Positions 27,478-35,250 of a DNA stretch of 64,000 bases are shown here, piece by piece. The first letter of the stretch is position 1, and every line of letters starts with the position of its first letter. A program made the position numbers and the translations under genes. The notes beneath the pieces are model-generated. The model saw only the letters and a list, made by a program, of their open reading frames with translations. It was not told where the DNA came from and searched no databases. The DNA comes from Nanobdellota archaeon. Lineage in GTDB: Archaea > Nanobdellota > Nanobdellia > UBA10117 > ARS21. The DNA is taken from positions 177,955 through 241,954 of the forward strand of contig JAAZYP010000001.1 in assembly GCA_014239585.1 (NCBI GenBank), written 5' to 3'.

Positions 27478-27615
27478 TTATTTTCCTGCAGCAACAGTTA
27501 ATAATTCTGCACTTTTTAGTAAGAATCCTTGTACAAATTCCTTTGTTGCATCTGTATTAAAATATAATCCTAAAAATATTATAAAAATTGCAAACCAAAA
27601 CATTTCGTGCTTCAT
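27478..27615 (-). CDS. tiny 1-TM protein (45 aa, MKHEMFWFAIFIIFLGLYFN...)
   Basis: Manually found ATG-to-TAA ORF in the gap between nurA and the 83-aa gene; below the track cutoff. Confidence 0.3.
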   Translation of the reverse strand: MKHEMFWFAIFIIFLGLYFNTDATKEFVQGFLLKSAELLTVAAGK

Positions 27616-27647
27616 GTCATTAATGTTACTAAGAATTATTTAAACAT

Positions 27648-28607
27648 TTATATTGCTCTCTTATTTCTTCTTAATTCAAAAATTAATGGATTTATTCCGA
27701 GTTTATCTTTTATTGTATCATAAACTATTTTTAATTCTGAGTTGGTCAACTTTGATCGTGCATCAGCTTCAATTAAAACTGTTGGATAAGAATAATCTTG
27801 CGTTATTCGCGAGTAAGTATATATCATATTTGTAACATTTTCAACATCGTCTCCAAAAAAATCAATACGTAGCGGTGAATCATATTTACCGATTTTGAGA
27901 TAAGTTGTATTTACCTTCGCTGAAAATTTTCCTAATTCGGTCAAGGACGGTAAATCCAAATTATCTGAATATTTTTTTGGTTTAATGTATTCTCCTTCAG
28001 ATAACACATGATACAATACATTTGAATCATTCATAAAATCATTATCAATAAATCTTCTTCCGAAACTATCTTCTACTGCACCAATTAATTGAACATTATT
28101 GTTTGAACATTGATTATATAATTCTCTTATAGTTTTAGAAATTTCTAAAAATAAAGGATAATATTTTGAAGTTCTATCGGGAATACTTGAGGGATGGATT
28201 ACTATTGATCCATCTAATATTAGCACATCAGGATTAAATTTATTAATTGCTTTAATTGCAGTAGTTATTTCTAGTTCAACTCGTTTTAGATTAGAAAATA
28301 TTGAAAATTCTTCATGTTCTACTGTTTCAAAAATTATTTCAGGTTCAATATATTTTGCAGGTAAATATTTGGAATTTTTCAATATTAATCCCTCATATTC
28401 AAAACAAGTTGCAATTGCACGTCGGACAATTAATGCAGATGATGAAATTTGTTTAGATACAAATCCTCCGTCAACTCCACAAATTTTTATTTTCTTGTTT
28501 AATACTTTTGCTTTCAAAAACCTATTTTCTTTTCTAAATTTTTCAGAAAAGTTTTTGATACTGATACTATCTTTTTTTAATTTTGAAATTATTGGGTCGA
28601 TTTGCAT
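27648..28607 (-). CDS. nurA: NurA 5'-3' nuclease
   Basis: NurA-domain motifs ICGVDGG (N-terminal catalytic Asp) and LILDGSIV. Confidence 0.8.
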   Translation of the reverse strand: MQIDPIISKLKKDSISIKNFSEKFRKENRFLKAKVLNKKIKICGVDGGFVSKQISSSALIVRRAIATCFEYEGLILKNSKYLPAKYIEPEIIFETVEHEEFSIFSNLKRVELEITTAIKAINKFNPDVLILDGSIVIHPSSIPDRTSKYYPLFLEISKTIRELYNQCSNNNVQLIGAVEDSFGRRFIDNDFMNDSNVLYHVLSEGEYIKPKKYSDNLDLPSLTELGKFSAKVNTTYLKIGKYDSPLRIDFFGDDVENVTNMIYTYSRITQDYSYPTVLIEADARSKLTNSELKIVYDTIKDKLGINPLIFELRRNKRAI

Positions 28608-28642
28608 AATTTACCCATTCATTTTGATTAAAAAGCATATAT

Positions 28643-28852
28643 TCAGTTGAACATAGCTTCAAAAATTCCTTGTGCCAATCCGATCATGCCTTTAGTTGTA
28701 TATACTGCTAAGTCTGAAAGTGGACCTACTGATGCCGTTGCTGCACCTGCTAATCCTTTTGTTTCAGTTGGGAAAAATAACAATCCCAAAATTATTACAA
28801 ACAAAATTATTACTAAATGTTCATGAATTTTATTCGTAAACCAAAACCACAT
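28643..28852 (-). CDS. tiny membrane protein (69 aa), first gene upstream of nurA
   Basis: One strong TM segment plus an amphipathic Gly/Ala-rich tail. Confidence 0.45.
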   Translation of the reverse strand: MWFWFTNKIHEHLVIILFVIILGLLFFPTETKGLAGAATASVGPLSDLAVYTTKGMIGLAQGIFEAMFN

Positions 28853-28909
28853 AAAATCAAATTGTTTTTAAATTATTTAACGCTTTTTATACTGATGAGG
28901 TAAACTAAA

Positions 28910-30400
28910 ATGAAATATTATTTGACGACCGCAATTGATTATCCGAATGGATCTCCGCATTTGGGCCATGCCTATGAAAAACTTCTAGCTGATTTTCTTT
29001 CACGCTATAAAAAACAGCAGGGAAATAGTGTTCGATATCAAACTGGAACAGATGAACACGGTATTAAGATTTACCAAACTGCAAAAAAATCAGGTTTGAC
29101 TCCAAAACAATTTGTTAATAAAAATTCTAAAGAGTTTAAGGACTTTTACAAATTATTGAATATTGAATATGATTATTTTATTCGGACATCTGATAAGAAA
29201 ACGCATTGGATCGGTGTAACGAAGATTTGGAAAGAACTAATTAAATCTGGTGATTTATTTAAAAAGAAATATTGCGCAAAATATTGTGTTGGTTGTGAGA
29301 CATTCAAAACTGAAAGTGAATTAGAAAATAATGAATGTCCATTACATTTTGGTAAAAAACTTGAAATAATTGAGGAAGAGAATTATTTCTTTAAACTTTC
29401 AAAATACAGAAAAAGACTAATCAAATTAATTGATTCTGACAAATATCATATTCAACCTAAACATGCAAAAAATGAAATATTATCTTTTTTGAAAGGTGAG
29501 GTAAAAGATATTAGTTTTTCGCGAATAAAAAGTAAACTTCCTTGGGGAATTCCCGTTCCGGGAGACAAAGATCAGGTGATATATGTTTGGGCAGATGCAC
29601 TTTCCAATTATTTAACGGGAATTGGTTATGGTACAAATACGCGAAACTTCAAAAAATATTGGCCTGCGGATGTTCATTTAATAGGTAAAGATATTTCTCG
29701 ATTTCATGCAGTTTATTGGCCTGCGATGTTATTGTCTGCTAAACTTTCAATTCCAAAAAAACTTTTGGTGCATGGATTCATAAATGATGATAAAGGTAGA
29801 AAAATGTCTAAATCACTGGGTAATGTAATTATTCCTCAAAAACAAGTAAAAAAATATGGTGCTTCTTCACTAAGATATTATTTGCTTCGAGCCATTCCTT
29901 CCAATCAGGACGGAAATTATTCTGAAGAAGATTTAATTGTTAGACACAATACTGAATTAGCTAATTCTTTAGGCAATCTATTATCTAGATCGTTAAATCT
30001 TATTCAAAAATCGTGTGGGGAAATACCCTTTGGAAAATTTGATTCTAAACTTTCGAAAGAATACTCTAAAGTTTTAATTTCATTAAATAAACATGTAGAA
30101 AATTTTGATTTTCATCACGGAATTGCAGATATTTGGGCGTTTATTTCAAAAGTTAATCAATATGTTGATGACACAAAACCTTGGAAACTTTCCGGAAAAG
30201 AAAAAGATAACGTCCTTTACACGCTTGCAGAAAGTCTTAGATTAATTTCCGGATTAATTTATCCAGTAATTCCTTCAAAAGCTGAAGAAATTGCGAAACA
30301 ACTTGGACTAAAATCAGTTCCAAAATTTAAATCAAAATCAATCAAATCCGGAACTAAAATCAAAAGGGGAGCGCATTTATTTAATAAATATGAAAAGTAA
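28910..30400 (+). CDS. metG: methionyl-tRNA synthetase (core, no C-terminal tRNA-binding domain)
   Basis: HLGHAY (HIGH), zinc knuckle CVGCETF...CPLH, KMSKS. GAGGT 8 nt upstream of the ATG. Confidence 0.92.
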   Translation: MKYYLTTAIDYPNGSPHLGHAYEKLLADFLSRYKKQQGNSVRYQTGTDEHGIKIYQTAKKSGLTPKQFVNKNSKEFKDFYKLLNIEYDYFIRTSDKKTHWIGVTKIWKELIKSGDLFKKKYCAKYCVGCETFKTESELENNECPLHFGKKLEIIEEENYFFKLSKYRKRLIKLIDSDKYHIQPKHAKNEILSFLKGEVKDISFSRIKSKLPWGIPVPGDKDQVIYVWADALSNYLTGIGYGTNTRNFKKYWPADVHLIGKDISRFHAVYWPAMLLSAKLSIPKKLLVHGFINDDKGRKMSKSLGNVIIPQKQVKKYGASSLRYYLLRAIPSNQDGNYSEEDLIVRHNTELANSLGNLLSRSLNLIQKSCGEIPFGKFDSKLSKEYSKVLISLNKHVENFDFHHGIADIWAFISKVNQYVDDTKPWKLSGKEKDNVLYTLAESLRLISGLIYPVIPSKAEEIAKQLGLKSVPKFKSKSIKSGTKIKRGAHLFNKYEK

Positions 30401-30719
30401 GATTAAATTTGATGATTTTGTAAAACTTGACCTTAGAGTTGGAAAAATAACTGAAGTTGAAGAAATATCAGGTGCAGATAAACTCTACAAACTCCAAGTA
30501 AATTTTGGAAAATTTAAACGTCAAATCCTTTCAGGAATTAAAGAATTTTATTCTAAATCCGATCTTAAAGGAAAGCAAGCAGTTTTCATTGTAAACCTTC
30601 CTCCGCGAAAAATGCGCGGAGAGATTTCTGAAGGAATGATACTTTGTGCTGATGACGGTAAAGATATTATTTTCATCGCTCCTGAAAAGGGAATTAAAAA
30701 CGGCTCAGAAGTTTGTTAA
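30390..30719 (+). CDS. Trbp111/CsaA-like tRNA-binding OB domain (equivalent to the MetRS C-terminal domain)
   Basis: FVKLDLRVGKI...ADKLY...QILSGI...VNLPPRKMRGEISEGMIL. Overlaps metG by 11 nt, in the +1 frame relative to metG. Confidence 0.85.
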   Translation: MKSKIKFDDFVKLDLRVGKITEVEEISGADKLYKLQVNFGKFKRQILSGIKEFYSKSDLKGKQAVFIVNLPPRKMRGEISEGMILCADDGKDIIFIAPEKGIKNGSEVC

Positions 30720-30881
30720 TTATTCTAATGGTTTGACATCAGTAACAACAACAACATTCTTTTCAGGCCAGTCTTTTTTGATCAATTTGACACACTCTTT
30801 GCAAACACCCATATGATAACCTTTGGTAGTTATCTTCATTTGCTTGTTACAAAGCATACAATCGAAATTGGTTTTGACCAT
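30720..30881 (-). CDS. 53-aa zinc-ribbon protein (CxxC...CxxC)
   Basis: Manual translation MVKTNFDCMLCNKQMKITTKGYHMGVCKECVKLIKKDWPEKNVVVVTDVKPLE; below the track cutoff. Confidence 0.4.
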   Translation of the reverse strand: MVKTNFDCMLCNKQMKITTKGYHMGVCKECVKLIKKDWPEKNVVVVTDVKPLE

Positions 30882-30916
30882 ATAGAAATTTATTTTTGAA
30901 CTTTATAATATTTTAG

Positions 30917-31198
30917 TCATTCAGAGTTATATCTTCGATATCCACCTTGTAGACTTTTTGCTTTGTATCCTTTAGATTGTAAAAAAAGTGTTGAATACAA
31001 ACTTCTACTTCCGCCACCACAATAAACTATAATCTCTTTGTCTTTTGGAATTTCGTCATATCGTCGTTCTAATTCCGAAGTTGGAATATGAATATCCTTT
31101 TCAACATGTCCTCGATCGCGTTCATTATTTCGTCGAACATCCAAATAGATACCTTTGCTTTTTCTGGCATCTTCTTGAGAAATTTCAAGTAATTCCAT
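30917..31198 (-). CDS. single-domain rhodanese (sulfurtransferase)
   Basis: 93 aa, active-site loop YCGGGSRS, HIPTSEL. Confidence 0.8.
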   Translation of the reverse strand: MELLEISQEDARKSKGIYLDVRRNNERDRGHVEKDIHIPTSELERRYDEIPKDKEIIVYCGGGSRSLYSTLFLQSKGYKAKSLQGGYRRYNSE

Positions 31199-31206
31199 AT
31201 TATGAA

Positions 31207-31279
31207 TGCGGGTGCCGAGATTTGAACTCGGGTCGCTACGTTGGCAACGTAGAGTGATACCAGGCTACACTACACCCGC
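31207..31279 (-). tRNA. tRNA-Gly(GCC)
   Basis: Acceptor GCGGGTG/CACCCGC, anticodon stem CTACG/CGTAG with loop TTGCCAA, T arm CCGAG-TTCAAAT-CTCGG. Confidence 0.92.
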
Positions 31280-31293
31280 TCTATTATTTTTTC

Positions 31294-31314
31294 ATCGTTT
31301 TTAATAAAAACGAT
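31294..31314 (-). terminator. A/T-clamp palindrome ATCGTTTTT-AAT-AAAAACGAT, 1 nt after the tRNA-Pro 3' end
   Basis: Perfect 9-bp inverted repeat in the 36-nt tRNA-Pro/tRNA-Gly spacer. It carries a T5 run on the transcribed strand, and its centre also looks TATA-like for tRNA-Gly. Confidence 0.4.
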
Positions 31315-31315
31315 A

Positions 31316-31388
31316 TGGGGCCGCGCAGATTTGAACTGCGGTCGGCCGGTCCCAAACCAGCAAGGATACCAAGCTACCCCACGGCCCC
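31316..31388 (-). tRNA. tRNA-Pro(UGG)
   Basis: Acceptor GGGGCCG/CGGCCCC, anticodon loop TTTGGGA, T arm CGCAG-TTCAAAT-CTGCG. Confidence 0.92.
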
Positions 31389-31450
31389 AATATGTTTTCT
31401 CCTGAATTTCTCATTAAAAAGGTTTCGACAGAAGATGTAATCACTAACAA

Positions 31451-31732
31451 ATGGTTAAACAATCTTATAAACCATCAAAACATAGAAACGGTATGGTTAG
31501 ACACAACATGAAATTTCATGAACATCTTGGATTATTATTCATTTTTATTGGAGTTAGTTGGATTGGTCTAGGGTTTTATATCTCCACTTTGAATGCGATC
31601 GCATTTAGTGGCGGTGGCGCAATTAGTGGAAACGCATTATTATACATTCCGCTCTTTTACGGACTAGGATCAGTAATTACATATCTTGGAATCATTGAAT
31701 TACGAGAAGTTCTACCTGGGAAAAACAGATAA
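31451..31732 (+). CDS. small membrane protein (93 aa)
   Basis: Two to three hydrophobic segments. Confidence 0.45.
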   Translation: MVKQSYKPSKHRNGMVRHNMKFHEHLGLLFIFIGVSWIGLGFYISTLNAIAFSGGGAISGNALLYIPLFYGLGSVITYLGIIELREVLPGKNR

Positions 31733-31836
31733 TGGCGAAAATGTCGAGAGAAGAAGTCGAATATGGAATTAAAGAATTTATTCAAGGTTTATTGATTGGA
31801 GCTATAATTGGATTTTTGTTAGGATTCAATTTATAA
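31732..31836 (+). CDS. possible 34-aa 1-TM micro-protein
   Basis: Manual ORF MAKMSREEVEYGIKEFIQGLLIGAIIGFLLGFNL; TAATG overlap with the preceding ORF. Confidence 0.25.
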   Translation: MAKMSREEVEYGIKEFIQGLLIGAIIGFLLGFNL

Positions 31837-31897
31837 TTTTAATTAAATATATCTTTAGATAACTTTTTAAATAAATTAATCAGAAATATCTATATGC

Positions 31898-31972
31898 GGG
31901 CCTGTAGCTCAGTCTGGCTAGAGCGACTGGCTCTTAACCAGTAGGTCGCGGGTTCAAATCCTGTCAGGCCCG
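31898..31972 (+). tRNA. tRNA-Lys(CUU)
   Basis: Acceptor GGGCCTG/CAGGCCC, D arm GCTC-AGTCTGGCTA-GAGC, anticodon stem ACTGG/CCAGT with loop CTCTTAA. Confidence 0.9.
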
Positions 31973-32006
31973 TAAATATTTTTATTGTATTGACTAAAAC
32001 TTCAAT

Positions 32007-32612
32007 ATGTTCAAACTATTTTCAAGAAAAGATAAATTTTGTTTGTCATTAATTAAAAAATTCTTAACTAAAAAAGAATATAGACAAGTTTCTTGGTTAT
32101 TTAGACGAGCTAAACTTTCTATTGAATTAAAGTCATTCGGGCGGTCTTTTTTGATAACTGATTCAGATATTATGCCTAAAATCGTATCAACTGATAAAGA
32201 AATCTTGAAGTTAAATCGAATTGTAAGAAAAAACTTTCAAAAATACGTTATTAACGAGTTCACTAAGCGAGCAATGAAAGTTTTACCTGAATATATCGGC
32301 CCAACGATTCCTGCACCAAAAAATGTCAAATTAAAAATTGCTGAAGCGCTTCTGACGGGTAAATCTCTCTTAATTGTTGATGAAACTGGATATGCGCATC
32401 GTCTAAAATCTTCGGCAGAAAAACTTGGAGAGATAAATATATCAATCTCAAAAGAATTAAAAAATGGTTTTGATTTGGTCGTTATGACTCAAAAAGAAGA
32501 CCTTGGAAAATATCGCGAACTTGCTCATAAAAACAGTATTCATGTTCAAATTAAAGATGCTGATATTAAATTCTTGAGAAGTTTTTTGCGTAATTATCGT
32601 TCTTCTTCGTGA
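32007..32612 (+). CDS. hypothetical basic protein (201 aa)
   Basis: ORF only; lies between tRNA-Lys and tRNA-Thr. Confidence 0.45.
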   Translation: MFKLFSRKDKFCLSLIKKFLTKKEYRQVSWLFRRAKLSIELKSFGRSFLITDSDIMPKIVSTDKEILKLNRIVRKNFQKYVINEFTKRAMKVLPEYIGPTIPAPKNVKLKIAEALLTGKSLLIVDETGYAHRLKSSAEKLGEINISISKELKNGFDLVVMTQKEDLGKYRELAHKNSIHVQIKDADIKFLRSFLRNYRSSS

Positions 32613-32815
32613 GAAATTCGTTGTAAATATTCTTCGCCATAATAATCCCATTGTTCATTTGTCCAACCTTCAGGTCTTAATAACTCAGATAACGCTAATT
32701 TTTGTTCCAAGTTTTCTGCAACTTTTTCAATTCCAGGCATCCATGAATATCTTTGTAAAGTATCTCGAACTGCTTGTTCTTTCCAGGACTCAGGTAATCC
32801 TGTCAAAAGTGACAT
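32594..32815 (-). CDS. hypothetical acidic protein (73 aa)
   Basis: ORF only; 19-nt convergent overlap with the previous gene. Confidence 0.4.
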   Translation of the reverse strand: MSLLTGLPESWKEQAVRDTLQRYSWMPGIEKVAENLEQKLALSELLRPEGWTNEQWDYYGEEYLQRISHEEER

Positions 32816-32896
32816 GATTTTTATAGGTACTTAAGACTTTTATTTGTAACGAATAATCCGAAACTCTTAAAAAGGAAAATTAGAATTGAAAATCAC

Positions 32897-32971
32897 GCAT
32901 CCATAGCTCAGTTCGGTCAGAGCACCTGGTTTGTAACCAGGGGGTCGTGGGTTCAAATCCCCCTGGGTGCA
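32897..32971 (+). tRNA. tRNA-Thr(UGU)
   Basis: Acceptor GCATCCA/TGGGTGC, D arm GCTC-AGTTCGGTCA-GAGC, anticodon stem CCTGG/CCAGG with loop TTTGTAA. One U-C mismatch in the T stem. Confidence 0.88.
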
Positions 32972-33007
32972 TAATAATCTTTTTATTTTCAAATCATATC
33001 TTAATTT

Positions 33008-33661
33008 ATGAATAAATATAATTTTATACATTTTAAGGTAGGTAAAGAACGTGATCCTAAATTTGTAAAATTTTACAAAGATTATTATGTAGATTATATT
33101 GAAAAACATGGTAAACTGCGAGGTGCACATGTTCTGGATATCGGTTCAGGAGATGGAAGACTTGCATTTTTTTTACATAAATATGTTGAAAAGTGGTACG
33201 GTTTGGAAAGTTCAAAAATGATGTTGAAGCGTGCAAGAAAAAATCGCACCGAATTAAATATTGAAAATAAAATAAGATTTCATGAGTCAGACATGCATAA
33301 AACACCTTTTTCCAAAGACAAATTTGATATAATTATTTATTCAAATTCATTACATTTTTCAGAAAATCCTAAGCGTGCATTTCAGGAGGCATATCGAATT
33401 TTGAAAGACGGTGGATTATTATTTGTGTTCGAACATCCTTCCTATTTAAGATGGGGCAGTAATACTTTGAATAAAACATTAGAGGATGGTTCAGAAAATC
33501 CAGATTTTAATGAAAAATTTTGTAATGTTAAATTGGGTAAATTAGCTAGTCTCGAAAAATATCTAAACAATCAAAAATTATTTACTAAACTAAATCGTGA
33601 AGGATATCATAATCGTTGGGTATTCAGAAAAGCAGTATTTAGTTTAAATGAAGATTTTTAA
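33008..33661 (+). CDS. class I SAM-dependent methyltransferase
   Basis: Motif I VLDIGSGDGRLA, then post-I and motif II/III spacing. Confidence 0.75.
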   Translation: MNKYNFIHFKVGKERDPKFVKFYKDYYVDYIEKHGKLRGAHVLDIGSGDGRLAFFLHKYVEKWYGLESSKMMLKRARKNRTELNIENKIRFHESDMHKTPFSKDKFDIIIYSNSLHFSENPKRAFQEAYRILKDGGLLFVFEHPSYLRWGSNTLNKTLEDGSENPDFNEKFCNVKLGKLASLEKYLNNQKLFTKLNREGYHNRWVFRKAVFSLNEDF

Positions 33662-33685
33662 TTATTTCAACTCATTCACTAATTT

Positions 33686-33883
33686 TTATCGAGGAACTTC
33701 TTCTCTGCTTCCATCTTTATTATATTTGTAATTCTTGCCTTCTTCTTCGTCTTTTGTAGCACGGTGAGAACCATCGCAATAGGGCATATTTTTAGAAAGA
33801 CCACATCTACAAATCCATTTGTCTCCGTCTTTTGTTTCAATTTTGAGTGGTGAATTATCAGACATAATTACAATTCGTGCCAT
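33686..33883 (-). CDS. CDGSH iron-sulfur domain protein
   Basis: CRCGLSKNMPYCDGSH signature. The track TTG start 33901 is replaced by ATG at 33883. Confidence 0.8.
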   Translation of the reverse strand: MARIVIMSDNSPLKIETKDGDKWICRCGLSKNMPYCDGSHRATKDEEEGKNYKYNKDGSREEVPR

Positions 33884-33925
33884 AACAACTTTAGAACTCA
33901 ACTATTTATCAAGGTTTTGAATGAG
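33884..33925 (-). promoter_or_regulatory. promoter/leader module copy A (upstream of the CDGSH gene)
   Basis: 37 of 45 positions identical to 34121-34165 when both are anchored on the start codon. Contains TTGATAAATAG about 25 nt upstream of the ATG. Confidence 0.45.
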
Positions 33926-33937
33926 TATATTTTCTTA

Positions 33938-34123
33938 TTAATAATATTTCTTTTTAAACTCATTAATTAAATTTATCAATTTAATTGCGTTACTTTTTGC
34001 AAGTTCATAGGATTCAAGATCTCGCGTATTTTGAGCAATCTTTTTACCTGTCATTCGAATAATACTCCGCTCACTAACTTTGTCTACCGTGGAGCGTATA
34101 TCCCTTATACCTTTTTTACTCAT
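33938..34123 (-). CDS. hypothetical helical protein (61 aa)
   Basis: ORF; ATG at 34123 preferred over the track TTG at 34141. Confidence 0.4.
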   Translation of the reverse strand: MSKKGIRDIRSTVDKVSERSIIRMTGKKIAQNTRDLESYELAKSNAIKLINLINEFKKKYY

Positions 34124-34165
34124 ATCAAAATTAGAACTCAAATACTTATCAATCTTTTGAATTAG
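34124..34165 (-). promoter_or_regulatory. promoter/leader module copy B
   Basis: See copy A; TTGATAAGTAT at the same distance from the ATG. Confidence 0.45.
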
Positions 34166-34167
34166 AA

Positions 34168-34593
34168 ATGTTCAATTGTCTTGATCAATATAAATTAGTT
34201 ATAAAAACCATTAAATACTGTAAATATATATTGATTTTTATGCTTCCAAAGAGTTTGAGAACTTGGTTTGTGTTTCATTTTATTGTGGATATATTTGCGG
34301 CATTTTTACTAATTTTTTATCCTCAAACAATTTTGGATTTTTTTGGATTTCAAAGCGATTTTATTTCGCTAAGATTAATTGGAGCAGCATTAATTGGAAT
34401 TGGTGGAACATCTTGGTTAATGCATAAACAAGGAAGGAAAATTTATTCATCTATGTTAAATCTTAAAATTTTGTGGTCAGTATCAGCAATATTGGTATTA
34501 TTATTTTCGGAACCAATTTTATGGTCAATTATTTTTATTTTTATTATATTTTTGGGAGTTTGGATTTATTACAAAAAGTCTTATAATCTGTAA
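34168..34593 (+). CDS. membrane protein (141 aa; alternative start 34240)
   Basis: Four hydrophobic segments. Confidence 0.5.
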   Translation: MFNCLDQYKLVIKTIKYCKYILIFMLPKSLRTWFVFHFIVDIFAAFLLIFYPQTILDFFGFQSDFISLRLIGAALIGIGGTSWLMHKQGRKIYSSMLNLKILWSVSAILVLLFSEPILWSIIFIFIIFLGVWIYYKKSYNL

Positions 34594-34608
34594 TATTATC
34601 AGATTTAT

Positions 34609-34812
34609 ATGAAACGAGTAATTGGTTTAGGTGCAATAGGTGGATTTATTTTTGGAATTCTGGCACTTATTTTTGGAATTACTCTTTTTGGAGTCATATT
34701 GTTATTTGGATCAATTTTGATTATTGTTGGTTTGATTCTTTACTATATTCGTGCAGTTCCAATAACTATTTTTGATGACCTTAAACGATTATTTAAACGT
34801 TCTAAAAAATAA
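34609..34812 (+). CDS. small 2-TM membrane protein (67 aa)
   Basis: Hydrophobic core followed by a basic tail. Confidence 0.45.
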   Translation: MKRVIGLGAIGGFIFGILALIFGITLFGVILLFGSILIIVGLILYYIRAVPITIFDDLKRLFKRSKK

Positions 34813-34842
34813 TTAAAAAAGAAAAGACACTTAGTTTTTGAC

Positions 34843-34863
34843 CTCACTTTTTTCAAAAGTGAG
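34843..34863 (-). terminator. A/T-clamp palindrome CTCACTTTT-TTC-AAAAGTGAG directly abutting the tRNA-Met 3' end
   Basis: Perfect 9-bp inverted repeat with zero spacer to the discriminator base at 34864. Confidence 0.4.
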
Positions 34864-34937
34864 TGGCGAAGATGGGATTTGAACCCACGACTTTCCGCTC
34901 ATGAAACGGACGCTCTACCGGCCTGAGCTACTTCGCC
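34864..34937 (-). tRNA. tRNA with CAU anticodon (elongator Met, or Ile2 if C34 is modified); not initiator-like
   Basis: Acceptor GGCGAAG/CTTCGCC, anticodon stem TCCGT/GCGGA with loop TTCATGA, T arm GTGGG-TTCAAAT-CCCAT. Lacks the A1:U72 pair and the three anticodon-stem G:C pairs of an initiator. Confidence 0.88.
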
Positions 34938-35019
34938 GTTTTAGCTTTTTATACGGGATTTATAAATATAACGTTTAAATTTTAATTAATTATTTATATG
35001 AACAACGAAATTAAATTTT

Positions 35020-35250
35020 ATGAGTCGAATGCAAGAAGCTGAAGTCCGTGCAAGACAAGTTTTGAAAGAATTTGAAGATGAATATAATTTTAAAAAACCA
35101 AAAACTGCACTGAAATTGGGAATTATCAAAAATAATATGTTAGGAAAATTACAATCTTTAATTTCTGAATATGGTGATGATGCTGAAATAAAAAAAGCAT
35201 TAACTAGATTAAAACAAGAAATAATGAATCGAACTAAATTGTTTGATTAA
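35020..35250 (+). CDS. hypothetical helical protein (76 aa)
   Basis: ORF only. Confidence 0.4.
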   Translation: MSRMQEAEVRARQVLKEFEDEYNFKKPKTALKLGIIKNNMLGKLQSLISEYGDDAEIKKALTRLKQEIMNRTKLFD

